Of a stretch of 29,844 nt of DNA, positions 19,203 to 29,535 are shown in pieces (the first letter of the stretch is position 1; the number at the start of each line of letters is the position of its first letter). Below the pieces are notes generated by a model. That model worked only from the letters and a program-made list of their open reading frames with translations, did no database searches and had not been told where the DNA came from. Made by a program: the position numbers and the translations under genes. Source of the stretch: Fibrobacteria bacterium (GTDB taxonomy: Bacteria > Fibrobacterota > Fibrobacteria > UBA11236). The DNA is taken from assembly GCA_043732185.1 (NCBI GenBank), contig JAYTHY010000081.1, positions 1 to 29,844 on the forward strand, written 5' to 3'.

Positions 19203-19616
19203 CTAAATCGAACCCGACCAGATTCCGAAATAATGTAAATCGGCTACCACTCCCGGCATCAAGTCCAAGCCAGGTAAATCGGTATGTTTTATCCAGCGAA
19301 AGGCGGTATGTTCGGGATTCAATTGGGGGTTTCCAGCCTGTAAGGTGTATCGAAACAGATGAACGGATCCTCCCTTACTGCCTATGGCCGGGAGTGGACC
19401 CAGTCTCGCTTCCAGCTTGAGTTCCAAAGTGCCGCCTAATTCTTCATCGATCTCGCGTAACATGCCAGTTTCCGCATCTTCGCCCGCTTCCAAACGGCCT
19501 CCGCATATCCCCCATTTGCCTGGATCGCGTTGCGCCTCGGGTGCGCGTAGGAGGATCAACAATTCGTCTCTGGTATTGAGGATAACGGCTACCACAAATG
19601 TCAACGCTTTATCCAT
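19203..19616 (-). CDS. Nudix hydrolase
   Basis: Nudix box G-RLEAG-E-DAETGML-REIDEELG; EH....W motif; ATG at 19616 overlaps the miaA stop. Confidence 0.9.
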   Translation of the reverse strand: MDKALTFVVAVILNTRDELLILLRAPEAQRDPGKWGICGGRLEAGEDAETGMLREIDEELGGTLELKLEARLGPLPAIGSKGGSVHLFRYTLQAGNPQLNPEHTAFRWIKHTDLPGLDLMPGVVADLHYFGIWSGSI

Positions 19617-20544
19617 GATCCCTACCATGGGCATGTAAAGCCTTGTGAATGGTATCCACTCCATCGCCCCTGTGCAACCAGTGAATGGGAACCCCTCGTC
19701 TTTCCATTCCTCTAAAGTAGGTTTCCTGGCGTTTGGCCAGTAAATGGATTTGATGGCACAAGTCCTTAACCATGGTCGCATAGTCCTTGACACCTAAAAT
19801 AAAATCCGTTATTTCCCGGTATTCCATGCCCAAGGAGCGGAGCCGGCCCACCGACACTCCTTGGCGGATAAGGCTGGAAACCTCTTCCACCATACCAGCC
19901 GCCAATCGTTCTTCCAGACGCGCGGCGATGCGATCACGTAAATCCTGACGCTCCCAGGTTGTGACAAAGAAGGTGAATGTGATTTCGACTTCCGGTTTTG
20001 GACTATAGGGAATCGCATCTCCCAGCCCAGTTGCGGCGATTTCCAATGCGCGGATGATCCGTTTTTTACTGGTTAGATCGGTACACGTGGCCAGCACGGG
20101 ATCTTGCACGCGAAGCTGGAGTTCCAATTGTTCGTGTGATTTTTCCCATAGCAAGGAACGCAAAGCGGGATTTTCAGGAATATTGGCGATGTGGTATTGC
20201 CTGAGAACCGACTCGATATACATGCCAGTTCCGCCTACCATCACCGCCATGTCTCGCCGTCCAACACCGGACTTGGAAATCTCGGCTAGGATGCGGTAAC
20301 AATCCTGCTGAAATTGAAAAAGAGAATACACTTCCTCCGGATCTTTGATATCGATAAGATGGTAACGAATTGGTGGACTGCATTTTTGAAATTCACTTAA
20401 GTCTTTTCCCGTCCCAAGGTCAAATCCCCGGTACACTTGGCGGGAATCTGCGGACAAAATATCGGCGTTGAGCGCATGCGCCACACCGGCTGCCAAAGCT
20501 GTTTTCCCGGTAGCGGTAGGGCCTCCAATCACAATCAGGTGCAT
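19609..20544 (-). CDS. miaA: tRNA dimethylallyltransferase (GTGKD-type)
   Basis: GPTATGKT P-loop, SADSRQVYRG.D.GTGK, HLIDI, VGGTGMY, RIIRALEI, AKRQETYFR. Confidence 0.9.
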   Translation of the reverse strand: MHLIVIGGPTATGKTALAAGVAHALNADILSADSRQVYRGFDLGTGKDLSEFQKCSPPIRYHLIDIKDPEEVYSLFQFQQDCYRILAEISKSGVGRRDMAVMVGGTGMYIESVLRQYHIANIPENPALRSLLWEKSHEQLELQLRVQDPVLATCTDLTSKKRIIRALEIAATGLGDAIPYSPKPEVEITFTFFVTTWERQDLRDRIAARLEERLAAGMVEEVSSLIRQGVSVGRLRSLGMEYREITDFILGVKDYATMVKDLCHQIHLLAKRQETYFRGMERRGVPIHWLHRGDGVDTIHKALHAHGRDHG

Positions 20545-20545
20545 G

Positions 20546-21736
20546 CTAATGTTTACCTAACGCCAGTTTAAATTTTTGACGCAAATCAGCCAACTCCTCT
20601 TCCCCATCGGCACTGAATAGAAAACCGATCCGCTTGGCTTTCCCCTTTTTATCGGCCAGCCAGATGGGTGAAATGGGAAGTATTCCTGATTGTGTGTCCG
20701 CGTTGAAAGCACCGGTTCCCAAATTTAGATCCAATTGTGCATAATTTTCCGGGAGCGAAAGTTTGCTGGGTTTCATCCAAGTCCACAGTAGAATTTTTCC
20801 GGGCAGGCGATGTCCAAGGCCATGTATGGGTAAGGCCATGGACTGGCGCGCATTGACATCCACCATCGAACGCAGCTGCGGTCCCTTTTCACTGCGCCAC
20901 ACATAGGCATCCAGACTAACCGGCCCAAAATATCCAAGTTGATCCAACGCTAACCCAAGTGCAACTGCGGTTGCACGCAACGGTTCCAGCCAAGGCTCCG
21001 GTGGAAGGCGGTTTGAGGAAAGCTTGACACCCAAAAAGGTTCCATCTTGCGAATTGAAAAGTTCATGGCCACAAAAATCTTTGATGCCGCCACCCGGCTT
21101 CACATTGAAATTCACAGCTAGGTCAATCAGCCGGTCCTGCCAGGGTTCCAATACCGCTTGGCCATGGTCCGTGAATATTTGCATCAGGATTTTTTGTTCG
21201 GCGTCATTTATGGGACCGGCCGGTATCCTTTTGTTGGCTGTACCCGCATAGCCATGATCCCCTTTGAGCATCCAACCACCCGGTCTGGGATGCGCATCTA
21301 AAAAGGATTTAAGCTCTGTCCAAGATTGAAACAAACCACCGGACTCTTCTGGCGGATGCAATGCATGTTCCAACGCGTAACTGAAGGCGCGGGAGTTGGC
21401 CTTTTTTACAACGGATAAATCCGGAAAATCCGGTTGGTTCGTGTATCTTTGACGCAGGCCCACAGTATGCGCATTCCATCCAAATGGCGTAAAAGTGGCC
21501 TCGGTGCACCAATTCGGATGCAATGTCGTGTGCGGAATCGGCAAGCCTTTATTGGACAGGTAACCAATGAAATCCTGCGGTAGTGGAGAGTGGAGGATAA
21601 TCCTGTCCGGCTCCCGCGCGGCAAATAAATAATGCCAGGCCATTTCATGGATATAACTGTTTTCGGCGGTTTCCAAAAGCGAGGGCACACCGCGAAGGGT
21701 GGCATCAAAATCGGCATTCAGAAAATATTCCCGCAT
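20546..21736 (-). CDS. ATP-grasp-fold protein of unknown function
   Basis: PFGW, ANSR, WMLKGDHGYAG (K + Gly loop), LEPW, GYFGPVSLD and DVNARQSM match the ATP-grasp layout. Confidence 0.7.
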   Translation of the reverse strand: MREYFLNADFDATLRGVPSLLETAENSYIHEMAWHYLFAAREPDRIILHSPLPQDFIGYLSNKGLPIPHTTLHPNWCTEATFTPFGWNAHTVGLRQRYTNQPDFPDLSVVKKANSRAFSYALEHALHPPEESGGLFQSWTELKSFLDAHPRPGGWMLKGDHGYAGTANKRIPAGPINDAEQKILMQIFTDHGQAVLEPWQDRLIDLAVNFNVKPGGGIKDFCGHELFNSQDGTFLGVKLSSNRLPPEPWLEPLRATAVALGLALDQLGYFGPVSLDAYVWRSEKGPQLRSMVDVNARQSMALPIHGLGHRLPGKILLWTWMKPSKLSLPENYAQLDLNLGTGAFNADTQSGILPISPIWLADKKGKAKRIGFLFSADGEEELADLRQKFKLALGKH

Positions 21737-21758
21737 TCAATTGTGTATGTTATGCAGC

Positions 21759-22307
21759 ATGAAATTGATTTTAATTGCCATCATTTTGTACCTGGTGTCG
21801 GGTTGTGCCTGGTTTTCCAAAAAAGAATTGCAAACCTGCCGGTACCGGTTTACTTCATTGGATTTTACCGGAATGGATGCCGGCCAATCCCATTGGAAAC
21901 TTAAACTCATAGTAGCCAATACAAGTACCCGCAAGGTTACCTTAACCCGCTTGCACTTTACGCTTCAATATGCCGCCGATACGCTCCTCACGGGCTGGAA
22001 CCCCAGCCAGCTGGAAATCGCAGCGAAGGATTCGCAAGCCGTGGAAGCCACGCTCGATGTTCCTAATACCACCTGGAAACGCTTGCCTTCCGGCATTTGG
22101 TCGAATACGGATGCACAATTTGTACTCACCGCCGACGCCTATTTGAACACTTGGCTCGGTGCCATTGAAGTTCCCGGAGCCTTGCGGCAAACCGTGCATA
22201 TCAATATGCCCAAGGAAGTTGCCAAATATCGGGATATGCTGCTGCAGAAAATGTTCTCCTGGCCCGGAAGCAAATTGTCCGAGGATACTGCGCCTCAACC
22301 TAAATAA
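21759..22307 (+). CDS. LEA_2/WHy-like lipoprotein
   Basis: VSG-C lipobox; L.L.VAN....VTL..L.FTL...LLTG......I.A.....V pattern. Confidence 0.65.
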   Translation: MKLILIAIILYLVSGCAWFSKKELQTCRYRFTSLDFTGMDAGQSHWKLKLIVANTSTRKVTLTRLHFTLQYAADTLLTGWNPSQLEIAAKDSQAVEATLDVPNTTWKRLPSGIWSNTDAQFVLTADAYLNTWLGAIEVPGALRQTVHINMPKEVAKYRDMLLQKMFSWPGSKLSEDTAPQPK

Positions 22308-23187
22308 AGACTTTTCCCGACAGATACCGGTCGCCGCGATCACAAATGATGCACACGATCACACCGCTTTTAATTCGTTTAGCCAACTCGATGGCACAAT
22401 GGATAGCACCGCCGGAAGAGACACCAGCAAAAACGCCCTCCCGCTGGGCTAAATCCCGAGTCATCGACTCCGCCTGTATTTGACTGACATCGACGATTTC
22501 ATCCACGCGACTGGCATCATAAATACTGGGCAGATATTCCTTTGGCCAGCGACGGATGCCGGGAATGCAAGATCCATCGGTGGGTTGTGCTCCGACAATC
22601 CGCACGGCTGAATTCTTTTCCTTTAAGAAACGGGAAACGCCCATGATGGTTCCCGTAGTGCCCATGCTGGATACAAAATGAGTCACCGCACCTTCCGTAT
22701 CGCGCCAAATTTCCGGTCCCGTGGTTTCATAATGTGAGGCCGGATTGTCCGGGTTGGAAAATTGATCGAGCATGTGAAAGCCGCCCTGCGCCACTTTAGC
22801 GCGCGCATAATCGATGGTGCCTTCCATACCACCTTCTGCCGCGGTCAAATGCACGATAGCACCATACGCCCGCATGGTTTTAACCCGCTCAGCCGTGGCG
22901 CTTTCCGGCATGACCAAATGCATTTCAAAACCCGTGGCAGCGGCAATCATCGCCAAGGCTATTCCGGTATTTCCACTGGTGGGTTCAATAAGCTTCATGC
23001 CCGGTTTGAGCTCACCGCGTTCCATGGCCTTGAGTATCATGGATCGAGCTGGGCGGTCTTTGACGGAACCGCCGGGATTATTGCCCTCGAGCTTGGCAAA
23101 AATCTGGACGCCCGGGTTGGGATTCAAACGTGTAAGGGCAACCATTGGGGTATTGCCGACCAGATCCAAAAGGGTCATTTTTTTCAT
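22300..23187 (-). CDS. cysM: Cysteine synthase B
   Basis: VGNTPMV, AKLEGNNPGGSVKDR, EPTSGNTGIALA, SSMGTTGTIMG, IPGIRRWP, CDRGDRYLS. Start is 23187 or 23178. Confidence 0.93.
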   Translation of the reverse strand: MKKMTLLDLVGNTPMVALTRLNPNPGVQIFAKLEGNNPGGSVKDRPARSMILKAMERGELKPGMKLIEPTSGNTGIALAMIAAATGFEMHLVMPESATAERVKTMRAYGAIVHLTAAEGGMEGTIDYARAKVAQGGFHMLDQFSNPDNPASHYETTGPEIWRDTEGAVTHFVSSMGTTGTIMGVSRFLKEKNSAVRIVGAQPTDGSCIPGIRRWPKEYLPSIYDASRVDEIVDVSQIQAESMTRDLAQREGVFAGVSSGGAIHCAIELAKRIKSGVIVCIICDRGDRYLSGKVFI

Positions 23188-23216
23188 CCATTCCGCCTTC
23201 GCCCCAAAGTTAGTAA

Positions 23217-25250
<2,034 letters not shown>

Positions 25251-25269
25251 AGAAAGGCGGGCCAAAACC

Positions 25270-25298
25270 TTGACGAAAACACCACCGGTTTCTAAAAT
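25270..25298 (+). promoter_or_regulatory. Sigma70 promoter of tRNA-Gly
   Basis: TTGACG-N17-TAAAAT. Confidence 0.7.
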
Positions 25299-25359
25299 CT
25301 AACCGCTTGTTTCTAGGAGTTTATCTCTTGGAATCAAGTTGCTTAAGTGCAGTTGTCTA

Positions 25360-25435
25360 GCGGGTTTAGCTCAGTTGGTAGAGCATCTCCTTGCCAAGGA
25401 GAAGGTCGAGGGTTCGAGTCTCTTAACCCGCTCCA
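25360..25435 (+). tRNA. tRNA-Gly(GCC)
   Basis: 76-nt cloverleaf: acceptor GCGGGTT/AACCCGC, anticodon arm TCTCC-TTGCCAA-GGAGA, TTCGA T-loop, encoded CCA. Confidence 0.97.
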
Positions 25436-25436
25436 T

Positions 25437-25465
25437 AAAAGCCTCCGAGGAATCGGGGGCTTTTT
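25437..25465. terminator. Intrinsic terminator, probably bidirectional (tRNA and integrase)
   Basis: AAAA-GCCTCCGA-GGAA-TCGGGGGC-TTTTT. Confidence 0.85.
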
Positions 25466-25521
25466 CGTTCTAATCTCCTTGGAATCGCCACATTTTTGAA
25501 TTTGCGGCGACACAATCCCAG

Positions 25522-26607
25522 TCAATTCCCAACCTCTTTTTTTCCTGTTTCCTCCCGAGTGTCCGCACTAAGTGTCCGCACCTCGGTTGAAAATCTAACA
25601 AGACCCAGGGCCTTTTTACCATCCCGGTTGTAATATCGTTTCCCGAGCATATCGGTTTTCCATCCGGCAACCTGCATAACTACTCGCTCAGGCGTGCCTT
25701 GGTCTATTAAATCCGTGGCCGCCTGGGCGCGGGTATCATGGAAATGAAAGTTCACTATCCCGGCAAGCTTCAGGCAAGTTCCCCATGCCTTCTTGAAATC
25801 TCCTAAAGAGAGGTATTCCGAGCCTTTCACTCGATAAAAGAGAAAATCACTCGCAGGGGGTAGGTTTCGAAAATAGGTGACCATATTGGGGGGAATAGGC
25901 TTCCAAATCCCCTGATCATTCTTGGTCGTTCCATTCCTGACCCGGATAGCACCGTTGAAAAGGTCTAAGTCCTTCTTCCGCATATTGATGAGTTCGGATT
26001 TCCGGCATGGGACCTGCAAGGCAAACCGAGTTAGGGGTAATAGGTGCGGCGCGTTTTGCTCGATGACATTCAGGAGTATATGGATCGCTTCATGGGAAAG
26101 GTTCGCATCCCTTGGTATTTCCTTTAGTTTTGGAAACCGGGCCAAGGTAATTGGGTTCTTTTCTAGGATTTCCATATTTACCGCGACATTGAAGGCGGCG
26201 CGAATTATGGCCATGTAGCGATTTAGGCTCGCATTTGAATAGGGCCTGCCGGTCTTTTTCGCCGGGAATTGCCTAAGGCAAGTTAAGTATGCTTCCAGCC
26301 TTGCAGGGAAGGCCGCCAAGGGTACCTCTCCCAAGTCACGGCTAAAGGTATTGGCTAGGCCCAAGTCCTTCTTAGATAGGCCCCGTCGTTTCTCCGTGTA
26401 GAACCTGAGAAGGTCGCCAAAGGTTTCGAATCGGCATTTCAATGCCTGGTTGTCTTTAAGCTGTTTACGGAGCTGGATAAACCTATCCTGAGCACCATCC
26501 TTGGTGCCTTCGAATGTTTCGCGGATGCGATCCTCGCCCCCAGGGCGACGCAGGCGCACATTCAGATAATACTTATTTGGTCCGATTTTCTTGATATTGA
26601 TGTCCAT
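25522..26607 (-). CDS. int: Tyrosine recombinase/integrase
   Basis: Catalytic set R (PCRKSEL), K (TTKN), HxxR (FHDTR), W (AGWK), Y (KRYY); N-terminal arm-binding-like beta domain; AGGAG Shine-Dalgarno. Confidence 0.93.
   Translation of the reverse strand: MDINIKKIGPNKYYLNVRLRRPGGEDRIRETFEGTKDGAQDRFIQLRKQLKDNQALKCRFETFGDLLRFYTEKRRGLSKKDLGLANTFSRDLGEVPLAAFPARLEAYLTCLRQFPAKKTGRPYSNASLNRYMAIIRAAFNVAVNMEILEKNPITLARFPKLKEIPRDANLSHEAIHILLNVIEQNAPHLLPLTRFALQVPCRKSELINMRKKDLDLFNGAIRVRNGTTKNDQGIWKPIPPNMVTYFRNLPPASDFLFYRVKGSEYLSLGDFKKAWGTCLKLAGIVNFHFHDTRAQAATDLIDQGTPERVVMQVAGWKTDMLGKRYYNRDGKKALGLVRFSTEVRTLSADTREETGKKEVGN
25558..25581. repeat. Perfect 11-bp direct repeat pair, candidate integrase arm-type sites
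   Basis: AGTGTCCGCAC-TA-AGTGTCCGCAC in the 3' tail of int, about 125 bp from the tRNA end. Confidence 0.7.
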
Positions 26608-26677
26608 CGCTTTTCTCCTATGCGATGGGTGCCTTGGGCAGGCAAAGAGGAAAATAGCACATCCTTCCCCACCTTGT

Positions 26678-26893
26678 CTAATGCCTAGTCTTATGTTTGG
26701 TAAAAGGAATCAATAGGGATCCCGTTAAAAGTTGCTTGTCCACATCCGACTTCTTAAACCGCCAATATTTACCAACCTTGGTCATTCCAGGTAGGCAGCG
26801 TTTGGAAATCTGCTTTTCCAACCATCGGGCTCCGACTCTCACTAACTGGGTGAGCTCTTCGGGTGTATAATATTCCGGGTCAATGGTTTGCAT
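26678..26893 (-). CDS. xis: Excisionase-like winged-HTH DNA-binding protein
   Basis: YYTPEELTQLVRV...L...I....LPG..KVGKYWRFKKSDVD pattern; directly upstream of int. Confidence 0.85.
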   Translation of the reverse strand: MQTIDPEYYTPEELTQLVRVGARWLEKQISKRCLPGMTKVGKYWRFKKSDVDKQLLTGSLLIPFTKHKTRH

Positions 26894-27856
26894 TTAGTGT
26901 AACCCCGCTTCTTCCATTTTTTCACCTAGCACTTCAAAATCCGCTGTAGTCCTAAGTTCACCGGCCCTTTTCCTCGACAGGTCAAAAATCAAGGTCCCCA
27001 TATGGGCCCAGACCACTTCCATCTCCAATTTTTTCACAGCCAATTCATCCAGAGTATTTTCAACACCCTTCAAGTCCGAAAGCGTTTTCCCCAATTCCTG
27101 CGCGTTCACATTCTTAGCATCCTTCAGGGCTTCGAGTGTCTCGCGGTAACGCACCATTCTTTCCTGCTGCACGCGCCTTAGCGCGGCAATTTGCGCCTGA
27201 GCCCTCGATCCCGCCAGAATGGTGGCATCGCGCACCTTGCCTTCCTCTGTGCTTTGCATATAGGCATAAGCATCACGCAGGCGCGAACGCTCAACGTCTC
27301 CATGGATTTCAATTTCTTCTTTGCTGCCTCCAAGGACGGGGGCAGCCCAACTTGGATCGGACCGATAAAGCCCAGAGTTGAATTTATAGAACTCGGTTAC
27401 AGAGGGATGATTTAAGGGTAAGTACGGCGCCAGATGCCCACCTATTCGCTCGGCATACCGCTCTTGCCGATACATCAAATCATCAAAGGCCCGGCTTTCC
27501 TCCCATAACAGATAATCGGTCTTGTCGAAAATCGCTTCCAGGTCCTGTAGCTTCTGATCCCAGCGTCCCGGTTCGGATACCAGCTTCACAACCCGCTTCC
27601 CTACCAGGTCCCAACTCTTCAGATTCCGACGCACCCAGGCCTTTTGATCGTCCAGGGTCTGCACCATGGCTCGTGTGTATTGAATCGACATATAAGCATC
27701 ACGCACCGTATTTCGGACCTTGACATAGGTCAAAGCCAAGGTCGTCACAATGCCGTTCTCTTCCTTAGTACCAGGTTGGCTGGTCGTGGGCTGTAACATA
27801 TCCTCGGCCTGAGCCAGACCGATACAAAGGATGGTTCCAACTATTATGATTCTCAT
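26894..27856 (-). CDS. Exported all-helical hypothetical protein (weakly VirB5/TrbJ-like)
   Basis: Signal peptide (AQA-E), coiled-coil character, GAGGAGG Shine-Dalgarno. Family assignment is speculative. Confidence 0.55.
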   Translation of the reverse strand: MRIIIVGTILCIGLAQAEDMLQPTTSQPGTKEENGIVTTLALTYVKVRNTVRDAYMSIQYTRAMVQTLDDQKAWVRRNLKSWDLVGKRVVKLVSEPGRWDQKLQDLEAIFDKTDYLLWEESRAFDDLMYRQERYAERIGGHLAPYLPLNHPSVTEFYKFNSGLYRSDPSWAAPVLGGSKEEIEIHGDVERSRLRDAYAYMQSTEEGKVRDATILAGSRAQAQIAALRRVQQERMVRYRETLEALKDAKNVNAQELGKTLSDLKGVENTLDELAVKKLEMEVVWAHMGTLIFDLSRKRAGELRTTADFEVLGEKMEEAGLH

Positions 27857-27859
27857 GGC

Positions 27860-29527
27860 CTACATCCTCCTCAGGAGAACATCCACGGGCGTATCCGGGC
27901 AGGTCATACCAACTGGCCTTTCCTTGCCCTTAGTCCGTTCAAACTGAAATTCGGCTTCGAGTGCGCGCTGCTCCGCCATCTCTTTTTCTTTTGCATCCTC
28001 CGGTCGGCCAAACCGTAGTTCCAACCGCCGATAAAAACCGGCCGCCTTAGCCAGGTTTCCAAGATTGCAAGTCGGAACACTTTGGCCAAGGATTCGCAAG
28101 ACCTGTGAGCGCGTTTGATTGAAAAAGGAATCCTCCAAGTCCGGGCAGCCCTTCCAGAAATAATCGCCATAGGGAAAGTCCACATTGCGCACTATAGCCA
28201 TCTGCCCGGAAAGGATTCGATCTTCTTCCACAACCGTCCGCACCTCCCATCCCCCATCCACGGACACGCGCTCTTGCTTCACCTGCTTCCATCTAGGATC
28301 TGTCGGCTCCATAGGAAGTACATCCGGTAACGTCACCTCCAATCCTTGCTTAACAGAAAAAGCCCGCTTACCCATAAGTCGATCCTGAAAAGCCCAGCCC
28401 GGACAACGCGTATCCAGGTTCTCCAGAAAATCTTTCTCGGCATCATCACGGGCAAAAGGCAAAAGCAGGGCTTTCTGCAATCCCGTCCAATCGTCAAAAG
28501 AGGCGATGCGGTAAGCCATGGGTGGATCATGGGCAAAACCGGTTCCACCCTCACCCTCCGCCTTTATCTCCATGTTCACGGACCAGACCGGATCTGGGAT
28601 TAATGCCGGCCAAAGGAATTGGCCGGAGAAATATACCGAAGCGGAATCATCCAGCACGGGATTTAAGTAAGACTTCAAATCCGCATTGCCGGGATTATCA
28701 ATAGCGCGCTGCCTAAAATCCCCAGCCTCCTTTTCAGTGAGACTGATTTCCTTCATCACTCGTCCAGTAGCCGGGTGCCGGGGATGCACCACTATTTTCG
28801 GAAAGAGATGCAAGTTCCAGAATGATTTTGTGGAGGGCTTAAATTGCATGGCCGACTCATCCACCACGTTATGACATTCGGTATAGGTGTCATTGCAAGA
28901 TTCCGGATAGGGTTCATTGGGCGGGGGATTGGGATCCACACACCAATGGTTTTCGCAAAGATCCTTTTCTTCCTTATCTTCGAGCCTTGCGGGCCTGGAT
29001 GCATAGCATTCAGGCGGATCAAAAAACCATTGGTAGGCGGAAGGCGTCCGGGTTGGGAGAACGGCGGATCCATTTATGGCATAGCGGTTATACCGCAGTG
29101 TACCGGATAGTCGCGCCAGCTCGGCATCGCAGCTATAGGCGGTATCGGGAAAAAGCTGTTTACTCGCCGAAAAGAGGCTGCTTCCCAGAACCACGTTTTT
29201 TCGAAGCTCAATACCTATCGTATCCAATGCTTCGGTTGTAGAAAGACAAAAGCGCCCGGCGAGGTTGGCATAGCGCATATCCGCCGTCCCATCCTGGTTG
29301 AACTTGGCAACGATGACGGATGTCGCTCCAAAATCCGAGATGGAACGGACGATATGACTTTCTTCCGTGGGCCCATTTACAAAGACCCAGGTCTGCCCCA
29401 CCATCGGCAGGTCCTGGGCAACTGTTACGGTTGGGAAAAACATTCTCAGTCCCACTAGGACCAAAAAAGAACCGAGGCAAATCACCGAGTTTGATTTCCA
29501 AAGTTTGAACTGGTATAACGGATTCAT
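27860..29527 (-). CDS. Exported Cys/Pro-rich hypothetical protein
   Basis: 555-aa ORF, N-terminal signal (TVA-Q), 11 Cys in the mature part. Confidence 0.65.
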   Translation of the reverse strand: MNPLYQFKLWKSNSVICLGSFLVLVGLRMFFPTVTVAQDLPMVGQTWVFVNGPTEESHIVRSISDFGATSVIVAKFNQDGTADMRYANLAGRFCLSTTEALDTIGIELRKNVVLGSSLFSASKQLFPDTAYSCDAELARLSGTLRYNRYAINGSAVLPTRTPSAYQWFFDPPECYASRPARLEDKEEKDLCENHWCVDPNPPPNEPYPESCNDTYTECHNVVDESAMQFKPSTKSFWNLHLFPKIVVHPRHPATGRVMKEISLTEKEAGDFRQRAIDNPGNADLKSYLNPVLDDSASVYFSGQFLWPALIPDPVWSVNMEIKAEGEGGTGFAHDPPMAYRIASFDDWTGLQKALLLPFARDDAEKDFLENLDTRCPGWAFQDRLMGKRAFSVKQGLEVTLPDVLPMEPTDPRWKQVKQERVSVDGGWEVRTVVEEDRILSGQMAIVRNVDFPYGDYFWKGCPDLEDSFFNQTRSQVLRILGQSVPTCNLGNLAKAAGFYRRLELRFGRPEDAKEKEMAEQRALEAEFQFERTKGKERPVGMTCPDTPVDVLLRRM

Positions 29528-29535
29528 AAACTATC

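Noticed and set aside
19617..19793. N-terminal extension of the Nudix ORF
   Set aside because: Overlaps miaA; the coupled ATG at 19616 fits normal Nudix length
25323..25486. Near-repeat ATCTC(C)TTGGAATC on both sides of the tRNA
   Set aside because: Short and imperfect, and its position does not fit an att core duplication; may be chance
25343..25670. Small minus-strand ORFs (60 and 66 aa)
   Set aside because: One is the antisense translation of the tRNA; the other is out of frame within int
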